From assembly GCA_963751025.1 (NCBI GenBank), contig CAVVTC010000005.1, positions 414,515-478,514 of the forward strand: a stretch of DNA of 64,000 nt, in the 5' to 3' direction. Shown in pieces: positions 31,581 to 40,546 of this stretch (within the stretch, counting starts at the first letter, position 1; every line of letters starts with the position of its first letter). Made by a program: the position numbers and the translations under genes. This DNA is from an uncultured Acidobacteriota bacterium (GTDB lineage Bacteria; Acidobacteriota; Vicinamibacteria; Vicinamibacterales; UBA2999). The notes beneath the pieces were generated by a model. It did no database searches, had not been told where the DNA came from, and saw only the letters and a list, made by a program, of their open reading frames with translations.

Positions 31581-32162
31581 TTAGCTCGACGCCAGTGCCT
31601 TGGCGATGGCCGCTCGCAGTGCCGGGTCCTCGGGTGTCACCTTGCTGTCGAAGAAAGCAACAATCCTGCCCTGCTTGTCCACCACGTACTTGGTGAAATT
31701 CCACGCCGGCAGGTTCCCCGAGCTCCCAAGGAAGGTGTAAACGGGTGACTGATCCGTACCTTTCCTGGTCACGACTTTCTCAAACATGGGGAACGTGACG
31801 TCATAGGTGAGCTTGCAGAACGTCGCGATCTCCTGCGCGGTGCCGGGCTCCTGACCGCCGAAGTCGTTGCTCGGGAAGCCGAGCACGTTGAAGCCCTTGT
31901 CTTTCATCTGGCGCTGCAGCTTCTCGAGCCCTTCGTACTGCGGTGTGTATCCGCACTTGCTCGCGACGTTGACGACGAGGCTCACCTTGCCTTTGTACTG
32001 CGCGAGGTTGCCTGGCTTGCCGTCGAGAGTCATGGTCGTCAGGTCGTAGAACGAGCTCACGGTTCCTCCCGTCGTGCTCTTCGCCTGTCGCGCCATCAGT
32101 GGCACCGCCACCAGCGCACCGATCGCGAGCACGACACCGACCAGATTGATGGCCTTGGTCAT
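31581..32162 (-). CDS. Glutathione peroxidase with N-terminal signal/anchor
   Basis: VVNVASKCGYTPQYEGLEKL, LGFPSNDFGGQEPG, WNFTKYVVDKQG. Start chosen at MTKAINLVGVVLAIG (32162). Confidence 0.85.
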   Translation of the reverse strand: MTKAINLVGVVLAIGALVAVPLMARQAKSTTGGTVSSFYDLTTMTLDGKPGNLAQYKGKVSLVVNVASKCGYTPQYEGLEKLQRQMKDKGFNVLGFPSNDFGGQEPGTAQEIATFCKLTYDVTFPMFEKVVTRKGTDQSPVYTFLGSSGNLPAWNFTKYVVDKQGRIVAFFDSKVTPEDPALRAAIAKALASS

Positions 32163-32277
32163 GATCGAGATTCTACGGCCATTCCACGGTTTTGAACCGT
32201 TTTCCATCCTCGTGGATCACACATCTGAGATCACGCGCATTCCGGCCGTTTCTCGAGGGTCCGCACCGTCACGATCC

Positions 32278-32293
32278 AGGTCAGCCGATTGCT
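32278..32293 (+). promoter_or_regulatory. Weak sigma-54-type -24/-12 candidate upstream of secreted protein A
   Basis: aGGtcagccgaTTGCT: GG-N10-GC spacing correct, 8 of 12 consensus positions (TGGCACG-N4-TTGCW). It lies 36 nt before the ATG, and the SD aggagg falls in the predicted 5' UTR. Confidence 0.25.
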
Positions 32294-32328
32294 GAGGGAC
32301 GGAGTCTTACACCAGGAGGCGAGAACGT

Positions 32329-34207
32329 ATGACTCGAGTCCTGCACGTGATCACGATAGTGGTGTGCGCGCTCGGCGTCCCCGCGCACTCGGCAGCGCAG
32401 ACGCCAGTCGCTCCAGTCTCTCCCGATGGCTGGGTCGTGCTGCCGGTTGATGAATACAAGGCGCTCCGCGAGCGCGCGAATCCCCAGCCCCCGCCACCTG
32501 CACCACCTCCCGTCGATGCCACGCTGACGCGCATCGACTACGACCTTCGCATCGAGAACGATGCGGTCGCGGGTCGTGCGCTGCTGACGATCGATGTGAT
32601 GCGCGATGGATGGACGCGCGTACAGATTCCCGCAGGCTTGATGGTGCGCGACGCGAGAATCGACGGACAGCCGGTCCCGCTCGTCGAGGGTCCGCCGCCA
32701 CACGTGCTGCTCTCGCGCAGCGGCCGCGTCGTGCTGACGCTCGACATCGCGCTCGCGCTGTCCGCGTCGGCAGGCACCGAATCGATTGCCCTTCCGGCAT
32801 CAGCGGCGCCGATCTCGCGCGCCGTCCTGACGCTGCCTCGCAGCGGCATCGATCTCGCCGTCGCCGGCGGCTTCACCGCCGAGCGGACGGAATCGCCCGG
32901 TGAGAGCCGGTGGACCGCATTCGGCCGGCCCAACCAGGCGCTCACGCTGTCCTGGAAGCGCAAGGTGGACGACCGCCGCGCCGAGCAGCCGCTGCGCACG
33001 CGCGCGCGCGTGACGACGATGGTCGGTCTTGGCGAGGACGTGTCGCAGATCGCGACGGCCGTGCGCGTCGAGGTGCTGCAGGGTCTCGCGCGCGAGGTCG
33101 TGCTCGCGATTCCGCCGGGCGTCGCGATCAATCAGGTCAACGGCGCCACGGTCGCCGAGTGGGCGGTCGGCAACGGGCTGCTGCGCGTGCGGCTGCTCGA
33201 TCCGGTCGCCAGCGAGACCTCGTTCGTCGTGCAAGGCGACCTCCGCACGCCGCGCGACGGCGTCGTGCCGGTGCCGCTGCTGCGCGTGCCGGCCGCCGAG
33301 CGCGAAACCGGCGGCGTCGCCGTCGATGTCGTCGGCGCGGGAGAAGTCGCCGAGCGGGCGACGCGCGGTCTCGAGCCGACCGATCCCTCCGAGCTCGGCG
33401 AGATCGTCGCCGGGCGCGAATCGCCGTCGATGATCGCGTTCCGGCTGCGTCCGCTCTCGGGAGCGGAGCCGCGATCGCTGGCGGTGACCGTGGTGCGCTT
33501 CATCCCGCAGGCCGTGCTGATCGCCAACGTCGAGGAGGCGCGCTATCGCGCGCTGGCGTCCGAAGACGGCAGCCTGCTCGTCGAAGCCCGCTTCGCCGTT
33601 CGCAACAACCAGCGCAGCTTCCTGAAGGTGACGATGCCACCGCGATCGACGATGTGGAGCGCCAAGGTCGGCGGCCGTCCGATTCGACCCGGCGTCGCCG
33701 AGCGCGACGCCGTGCTGCTGCCGCTCGAGAAGGGACGCGCCGGCGAGGAAGCGCCGACCTTCGTCGTCGAGATGGTGTATCTGCAGCGGATCGACGAATG
33801 GGCAGACAAGGGGATCGCGCAGCTGGCGCTGCCGGCACTCGATCTGCCCATCTCGCGGACCGGCGTCGAGCTGCATCACTCGCCGCGCTTCCGCGTGGAA
33901 CTGCGGCCGGGCACGTTCCGCCTCGAAGACGATCCGGGCCCGTTCGCCGAGGCGCTGCGGCGCCGGTGCGCCGGTTGCGCACAACACCACTGTCGCGGTT
34001 GACTCCGGTCACGGCGCTGCGACGCCGAATCGCAAGCTGCAGGCGCTCGTCGATCGGTTCAGAAACGAAGCCGGCGGCCGCACCGTCGTCGGCTCGCTGC
34101 CCGTGCACGTGACGTTTCCGCAGTTCGGACCGTCGATCTTCCTGGCCTCCGAGCTGACGGCTGAATCGAACGCGCCCTCGATCGACCTCGCGTTCAAGAG
34201 GCGCTGA
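32329..34207 (+). pseudogene. Large secreted protein A of unknown family (about 625 aa), one frame break near 33965
   Basis: Signal peptide MTRVLHVITIVVCALGVPAHSAAQ. ORF 32329..34002 is followed by the hand-translated tail APVAHNTTVAVDSG...LQALVDRFRNEAGGRTVVGSLPVHVTFPQFGPSIFLASELTAESNAPSIDLAFKRR-stop. Confidence 0.6.
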
Positions 34208-34249
34208 CGTTAGGCCTTGGGCTTCTGGGCCTTGAGTGAAGGCCCGTAG

Positions 34250-34271
34250 AGGCGGACCTTCAGGTCCGCCT
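34250..34271. repeat. REP-like GC hairpin (family copy 2)
   Basis: gtagaggcggacc-ttca-ggtccgcct, between the two secreted-protein paralogs. Confidence 0.6.
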
Positions 34272-34282
34272 GAGAGGTATGC

Positions 34283-36536
34283 CATGACATCCAAGATGAT
34301 GACGCTGGCCGCAGTGCTGTTGACGGTCGCCGCACTCGGCGTCCGCGCAACAGCCGCCGCGTCCGAATGACACGCCGAGAGCCGTGACGCTCTCGCTCAC
34401 CGAATACAACCGGCTGATCGATCTCGCCAGCCGCCCGCGCGGCGCCGGCCGTGGCGCCGGTCGCCGCGGTGCTCGCCAGCGCCGACCTTCGCGTGCGCGT
34501 CGATCGCGACACCGCGCGTGGCGTGTTCACCGTGAACGGCGATGCGCTGCGCTCCGGCGTCAGCCGCGTCAACCTGCTCTCGGGAGCCACGCTGATCGAC
34601 GCGACGGCCGGCGGCCGGCCGCTGCCGCTCATCGCCGACGGGCAGCGCCCACACGGCGCTGATTCCCGGACCTGGCCCGTTCTCGCTCGCGCTCGAGTGG
34701 GGCGCGCCGCTCACGTTCAGGCCGGGCCGCGCCGCGTTCGTGCTGCCGGTGCCGCAGTCCGGCACGGCACGCGCGACGTTCGATATTCCCGGCGATCAGG
34801 CCGACGTGCGCCTGTCGTCCGGACTGGTCACGCGACGGACGGCCGTCGATGGCCGGACGATCGTCGAGGCGACGCTCGATCCCGGATCGTCGACCGAGGT
34901 GTCGTGGTCGATGCGCGACAGTGCGCCGTCAGCCGCAGCCCGCGAGCTGCGAACGCTGTCGGAGGTCATGACGCTCGTCACGATCGGAGACTCGGACGTG
35001 CGGATGGTGGCGCTGATCGATCTCACCGTGCTGCAGGGCGAGCTGCGGACGCTCGGCGTCCGGCTGCCCGCCGGGATACGAGCTGACCGGCATTTCTGGG
35101 AGCTCGCTCGAGAACAGTGAGCCGGCCGACGGCAGCCTGACGCTGACGATCGGCAATCCGGCGGCGCGGAGCCATCAGTTCCTGATCAGCCTCGAACGGC
35201 CGCACGACGGCGGATCGTTCAGCGTCGACACCGGCTTCGTCGAGCGTGCGCGACGTACAGCGCGAGCGCGGCGAGGTGGCGATCGAAGGCGTCGGCACGC
35301 TGGAGCTCGACGCCGAGGAGCGCGAGCCGCTGCACCGCATCGACGTGCGCGAGCTCAATCGCGCGCTGCAGTCACTGGCGCGTCTGCCGCTGCTGTCGGC
35401 CTTCCGCTATCAGCGCGCGGCGGGAGCCACGCCGACGCTGGCGTTCGACGTGAAGCGGTTCGCGGACGCCGGCGTGCTGGCCGCGGTCGCCGATCGCGCG
35501 GTGGCCACGACACTCGTGACCAGTGAAGGCCGGGCGCTGACCGAGATCATCGCTCACCGTGCAGAATCGCGCGCAGCCGTTCCTCAAGGTGTCGCTGCCG
35601 CCGGGCGCGACGATGGTCTCGGTGGATGTCGCCGGACAGCCGGCCAAGCCGGTGCTCGGCACCGACGGCACGCGCGTGCCGCTGCTGCGCCCGGGCTTCC
35701 GTCCGACAGGCGCCTATCAGGTGTCGTTCGTGTATCTCCACGCCGGGCACGCCGTTCGCCAAGAAAGGCGACATCGAGATGACGCTGCCGAGGATGGACA
35801 TGCCGGTCGGCATCGTCGAATGGGAGCTGTTCGCGCCCGAGCGCTATTCCCTCAAGTCGATCGGCGGCAACGCGATCGACGTCGGGCAGGTTCCGCGATG
35901 AGGCGCGTCGTTTACAGCGGCGTGCGAAGGCGGCGTCGCCGGCGGCGTCGTTGGTGGCGTCGTCTGGATGGACTTGCCGACGGCGGCAACAGCGCTTCAG
36001 CGCGGAGACGGCGGACGCGAGTCAGCTCGGTCTGATTCGCGGCGTCGCGAGGGACGGCAGCGGTGCGATGTTGCCAGGCGTAACCGTCGAAGTCGGCGGG
36101 CCTGGCCGGAGTGCGGACCGCAGTCACCGACGGCAACGGGCGATTCGTGATGACCAACGTCCCGGCGGGCCAGACCTCAATCACCGCCTCGCTGCGCCGG
36201 GTTCTCGACCGCGCGGTCCGCCTTCGACTTCGATCAACGGCCACGCGAGATAACATCGTGCTCAGAGTGGGCGGCCTCACAGAATCGATCAGCGTCATAG
36301 GCGAGCGCCGCCCGTCGACGTGCAGGGCACCACCAGGCAGATGGCCGCATGACGTGCAGACCGCCAAGCAGGCCGCTGCTGCCCCGTCACAGAACATCAT
36401 CAATCTGCAGCAGCGCACAACCGGCGTGCTGCCCGTCCGCATCGATGTGCCGCGCGCCGGCACATCGCATCAATTCATCAAGCCGCTCGTCGTCGATCAG
36501 GAGACAACGGTGAAGCTGCGTTACAAGCGGCGGTGA
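34283..36536 (+). pseudogene. Large secreted protein B, paralog of A with an added CarboxypepD_reg-like domain; at least 8 frame breaks
   Basis: MTSKMMTLAAVLLTVAALGV signal. The following segments are colinear with A: LSLTEYNRLIDLA, DLRVRVDRDTARGVFTVNG...LPLIADGQ, VLPVPQSGTARATFDIPG, RFADAGVLAAVADRAV, QNRAQPFLKVSLPPGATMVSVDVAGQPAKP. It adds GLIRGVARDGSGAMLPGVTVEV...TAVTDGNGRFVMTNVPAG. It ends NIINLQQRTTGVLPVRIDVPRAGTSHQFIKPLVVDQETTVKLRYKRR. Confidence 0.55.
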
Positions 36537-36606
36537 AGGAAGCGGAGGGCGGCGGAGAGAACGGGATCACACCGTTGCCTCCGTCGCCTCCGTTACCTCC
36601 TCTTGC
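36537..36606. repeat. CGGAG/CTCCG imperfect hairpin element A (related to 52021-52160)
   Basis: The left arm cggagggcggcggagagaacgg (36543-36564) pairs imperfectly with ccgttgcctccgtcgcctccg (36572-36592), around the loop gatcaca. It shares aacgggatcaca with element B. Confidence 0.55.
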
Positions 36607-36639
36607 CTAATCCTTCTACCCTAGCCTACTATGTGAGAC

Positions 36640-36966
36640 ATGGACCGTCGAGAGAACCCCCAGGCCGCATTGGAACTGCTGATCCTCAAGACGCTTGCCG
36701 TGGGCCCCAACCACGGATTCGGGATCGCGCTGCACATCGAGGAGAGCTCGTCGGGGCTGCTCAACGTGGAGGAAGGATCCCTCTACCCCGCGCTCCACCG
36801 CCTGGACAAGGCGGGGTTCATCGATGCGGAGTGGACCGTGACACCGAACGGCCGGCGAGCGCGCATGTATCGGCTCACCAAGCCGGGCCGGAAGCGTCTG
36901 AAGGACATCGAAGAGAGCTGGGTCACGCTCGCCGAAGGCGTGCGGAGGGTACTGCGATGGGCATGA
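36640..36966 (+). CDS. PadR-family transcriptional regulator (acidobacterial type)
   Basis: Intact 108 aa: LELLILKTLAVGPNHGFGIALHIEESS...EGSLYPALHRLDKAGFIDAEW...RARMYRLTKPGRKRL. Confidence 0.9.
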   Translation: MDRRENPQAALELLILKTLAVGPNHGFGIALHIEESSSGLLNVEEGSLYPALHRLDKAGFIDAEWTVTPNGRRARMYRLTKPGRKRLKDIEESWVTLAEGVRRVLRWA

Positions 36967-37880
36967 AGCATGTACCGAACGCGTTCGTCTTCGTGATCGC
37001 GTTGGTCCCCGTGATCGCGACGGCGCAGCAGTTCATGCCCGCGACTCCGGGACCGCCGCCGGACCCGAACACGCGGTTCGAGGTGGCCGCGATCAAGGCC
37101 GTCGACGGGGCCCGCGGCCCGATCATGCTGAGGATGCTGCCGGGTGGGCGGCTCGATTCCAACGGCCTGCCCATCGGGGTCCTCCTCCGTCAGGCGCTGC
37201 AGAAGCCGGACTATCAGATCGTCGGCGCGCCCGGCTGGCTCGACACTGAGCGGTACTCGATCACGGCGAAGGCGCCCGAGGGCACGCCGCCGACGGCGAT
37301 GACGGTGATGATGCTGAACCTGCTGAAGGACCGGTTCCAGCTGACCACCCATCTCGAGACGCGCGAGCAGCCGATCTTCAATCTGGTGATCGCCCGTGCC
37401 GACGGGCGGCTCGGTCCCGATCTCAAGCCAACGCCCGCCGAGTGCCAGGCCGCCATCGCTGAGAGAATCGCCGCGACGAAGGCGGCCGCCGAACGTGGTG
37501 CCCTGCCTCCGCTCCCAACGTTTCCCGATCCCAGCGGGCCGCTGCCGTGCGGCTTTGTGCGTATGGGCCCTGGTCTCGTGACCGGCAGCGGCCGCACGAT
37601 TGCGCAAATCGTTCCGACGCTGGCGGACCTCCTGGGCCGCCCGGTGATCGACAAGACCGGCTTGACCGGCCTCTACGACGTCGCGCTGAAGTTTGCGCCG
37701 ACAGGCCGCGTCACGGGGCTATTCGCCCTGCTGCCCGGCCCACCACCTCCGCCCGACGACCCGGATGCCCCTGGCCTCTCCACCGCGGTGCAGGAGCAGC
37801 TCGGGCTCAAGCTCGAAAGCGCCCGTGGTCCGGTGGAGATCGTCGTCATCGACAGGTTCGAGAAGCCGACGCTCGACTAG
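36957..37880 (+). CDS. TIGR03435-family (soil-associated) secreted protein
   Basis: ATG at 36957 (10-nt overlap with PadR). It has a signal peptide, then FEVAAIKAVDG...LLRQALQKPDYQIVGAPGWLDTERYSITAKA...LLKDRFQLTTHLETREQPIFNLV...VIDKTGLTGLYDVALKF...AVQEQLGLKLESARGPVEIVVIDRFEKPTLD. Confidence 0.85.
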   Translation: MGMKHVPNAFVFVIALVPVIATAQQFMPATPGPPPDPNTRFEVAAIKAVDGARGPIMLRMLPGGRLDSNGLPIGVLLRQALQKPDYQIVGAPGWLDTERYSITAKAPEGTPPTAMTVMMLNLLKDRFQLTTHLETREQPIFNLVIARADGRLGPDLKPTPAECQAAIAERIAATKAAAERGALPPLPTFPDPSGPLPCGFVRMGPGLVTGSGRTIAQIVPTLADLLGRPVIDKTGLTGLYDVALKFAPTGRVTGLFALLPGPPPPPDDPDAPGLSTAVQEQLGLKLESARGPVEIVVIDRFEKPTLD

Positions 37881-37898
37881 TTTTCGAGAGGTGTTGCG

Positions 37899-40545
37899 AT
37901 GGGCATGAAGCGCGGCTGGTTCCGACGGCCACCATCCGACGACGAGATGCGCGAGGAGCTCGAGGCGCACGTGGCGATGCGCGCGGAACACGACCGCGTG
38001 GACGAGGCCGCCGCGCGGCGGCGCCTGGGCAACATGCTCCACACGCGCGAGTCGATGCGCCGCGTCTGGATCGCCGAGTGGTGGGACGCGCTGCGACAGG
38101 ACGCGCACTTCACGTGGCGCTCGTGGCGGCGACGGCCTGGTTTCGCGCTCGGCGCCATTTTCGTGCTCGCTCTGGGCCTCGGCGCCTCGACCGCACTCTT
38201 TGCCGCGCTCGACCGCGTGCTCTTCAGGCCGTTGCCGTTCGCGGATCCGGATCGACTCGTGTCGGTAGGCCTGCTGTCCGCGCCTCCGAACAGAGGATTC
38301 GAGGACCAGACCGAATCGGTGCCCGACCAGGGCTACGTGCGCACATGGAGCACGACGCCGGCGCCGTTCGAGTCGGTGACGGCGATGAACACTTTCACGT
38401 GCGAGATATCTGAGGCACAGCCCGAGGGCATCCGCTGCGGCAGGGTCGAGCACAATCTCCTTCGAGTGCTCGGCGTGCACGTTGCAGCTGGCCGTGACTT
38501 CTCACCGGATGACGATCTGCGCGGGACTCCGCGAGTGGCCCTGATCAGTCATGCGTTGTGGGTTCGCCGCTACGGTTCGAATCCGCGCGTCGTCGAACGC
38601 ACGCTGAGCCTGGAGACACCGATGGGACTCTGGTCGCCAGTCCGCATCGTCGGTGTCCTGCCGGAGGACTTCGAGATGCCGCTCGAGGCCGCCGACATTC
38701 TGATCCCCGCGCAGCTGCGCCCGCTCGACCCGAAGGCCCCGTTCGCCAGCCGGATCGTGGCGCTCGGCCGACTTATGCCGGAGCGTGACGCCGGAGCGCG
38801 CGGCACGCATGCTCGAACCCCAGCTCAAGGCAATGTCCGAGGGCATCCCCTCGTCGTTCCGTGTCGCGTGGCGTGTGCAGCCACTGCGAGATCGCCGAGT
38901 CGGCGACGCCGCACGCATCGGGTGGCTGCTCATGGGCGCTGTGGCCACATTACTGCTCGTCGCGGGTGTAAACGTCACCAACCTCCTGCTGGCGCGAGTC
39001 GCCGAACGCCGGCGCGAGTTTGCGCTCCGCGCCGCCATCGGCGCGGGCAGGATGCGACTCGTTCGTCTGGCGCTCAGCGAGAGCGTGCTGCTGTCGCTCG
39101 CGGCGGGCGGTGCGGGACTCCTGGTCGCGTTCGGTCTGCTCAGGACGTTTGCAGCGATGGCGCCGCCCGGCATTCCTGGCATCGCGAACGCCGCGATCGA
39201 CGTTCGTGTCTTCGTCGTGGCAGCCCTGCTCGGCCTCCTCACCGGAGCGTCGATCGGTGTATGGCCGGCGATCTCCATCTTTCGCGTCGGTGATGGGCGG
39301 GGACTGCGTGCGACCAGCACGTCATCACCAGGCGCGAGACCGCGCGGCCGCTTCGCGCTGGTCACCACACAAATCGCGCTCACCGTGGCGCTGCTCGGAG
39401 GATCCGCGTTGCTGCTGCGCAGCCTGTGGAACGTGGCCAGCGTGCCGCTCGGCTTCGACGCCGGGCGTGTCATCACGCTGACCGCGTATCTCAGCCGCGC
39501 CAGATACCCGACGAGTGAGCAAGGAGCCGCGTTCTTCCAGGAGTTGCTCGCGCGCGCGCGGTCAACACCAGGCGCGGTGTCGGCGGCGTTGAGTGATTCG
39601 CCGCCGCCCCTGCAACCACCTGGGCGAGGGACCTTCGACATCGAGGGCCGGCAAGCCGTTCCTGGCGCGCCGCAGCCAGTGATTGGTCTCCGGTCGGCAA
39701 CGCCGCAGCATTTCGAGACGTTCGGGATTCCGCTGATTCGCGGCAGGGTCTTCCAGGAGAGCCGACTCGTTCGGCGAGCCGGTCATCATACTGAACGAGT
39801 CGGCGGAACGGCTGCTGTTCGCGGGAGAGGCTGCGCTCGGGCGGCGCATTCGGCCCCCGGTACTTGGCTTTGCGAAGGGCAAGCCAGTCCAAAGCGCCTG
39901 GCACACGGTCATCGGCGTGTTCGCGGACGTTCGAAACGGACAAGGCCTCACTGACGAGCCGAGCCCGGAAGCCTACATGATGATCCAGCGGGACGCCTGG
40001 GGCCCCTTCATCAGCCGCCTCTCGCTTCGCACGACGGCCCGTCCTGTCGATGCGGCCGCCTACCTCCGGCAGATCGCCGCCGACCTCGATCCGCAGCAGC
40101 TCGTGACCATCCAGACCGGCGAGCCAGCTACTCACCCTGCTCACGGCACGGCCGCGTTTCCTCGCCTGGTTGCTGACGGCGTTCGCCGCTATCGCGCTGC
40201 TGCTGGCGGCCAGCGGGCTATATAGCGTGGCGTCATACCTCGTCGCGCAGCGCCGCCGTGATATCGGCGTGCGCATGGCGCTCGGCGCGGCACCGCGCGA
40301 CGTGGCGCGGCAGGTGGTGGGCGAATCGGGGCGCTGGATCATCGTCGGCGCGCTGCTTGGCGGTGCGCTCGGCTGGACGGCCACGCGCGTGCTGCAGTCA
40401 CAGCTCTACGAAGTGCAGGCGTTGGATCCATGGTCGTGGACCGGCGGCGTTGCTTGCGCTCGCGCTGGTCCTCGTCATCGCGGTCTTCCGGCCCGCGTTC
40501 GATGCCGCTCATGTCGATCCAGTGACAGCACTGCGAGGAGATTGA
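37899..40545 (+). pseudogene. ADOP-family (MacB-like, duplicated FtsX-domain) orphan permease 1, 4 frame breaks (about 38780, 39760, 40118, 40442)
   Basis: EELEAHVAMRAEHD..., RQDAHFTWRSWRRRPGFALGAIFVLALGLGASTALF, GVNVTNLLLARVAERRREFALRAAIGAGRMRL, LYSVASYLVAQRRRDIGVRMALGAAPRDV, ...FDAAHVDPVTALRGD-stop. No ABC ATPase gene is adjacent. Confidence 0.85.
37932..38131 (+). repeat. Near-identical 5' tract shared by tandem ADOP genes (copy 1)
   Basis: Hand alignment with 40562..40761 gives about 7 mismatches in about 200 nt. Identity drops further downstream. Confidence 0.8.
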
Positions 40546-40546
40546 G

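Noticed and set aside
36565-36581. GGGATCACACCGTTGCC inside hairpin element A as another sigma-54 promoter, for PadR.
   Set aside because: The GG-to-GC spacing is N11 rather than the strict N10, and the sequence is part of the hairpin arms.
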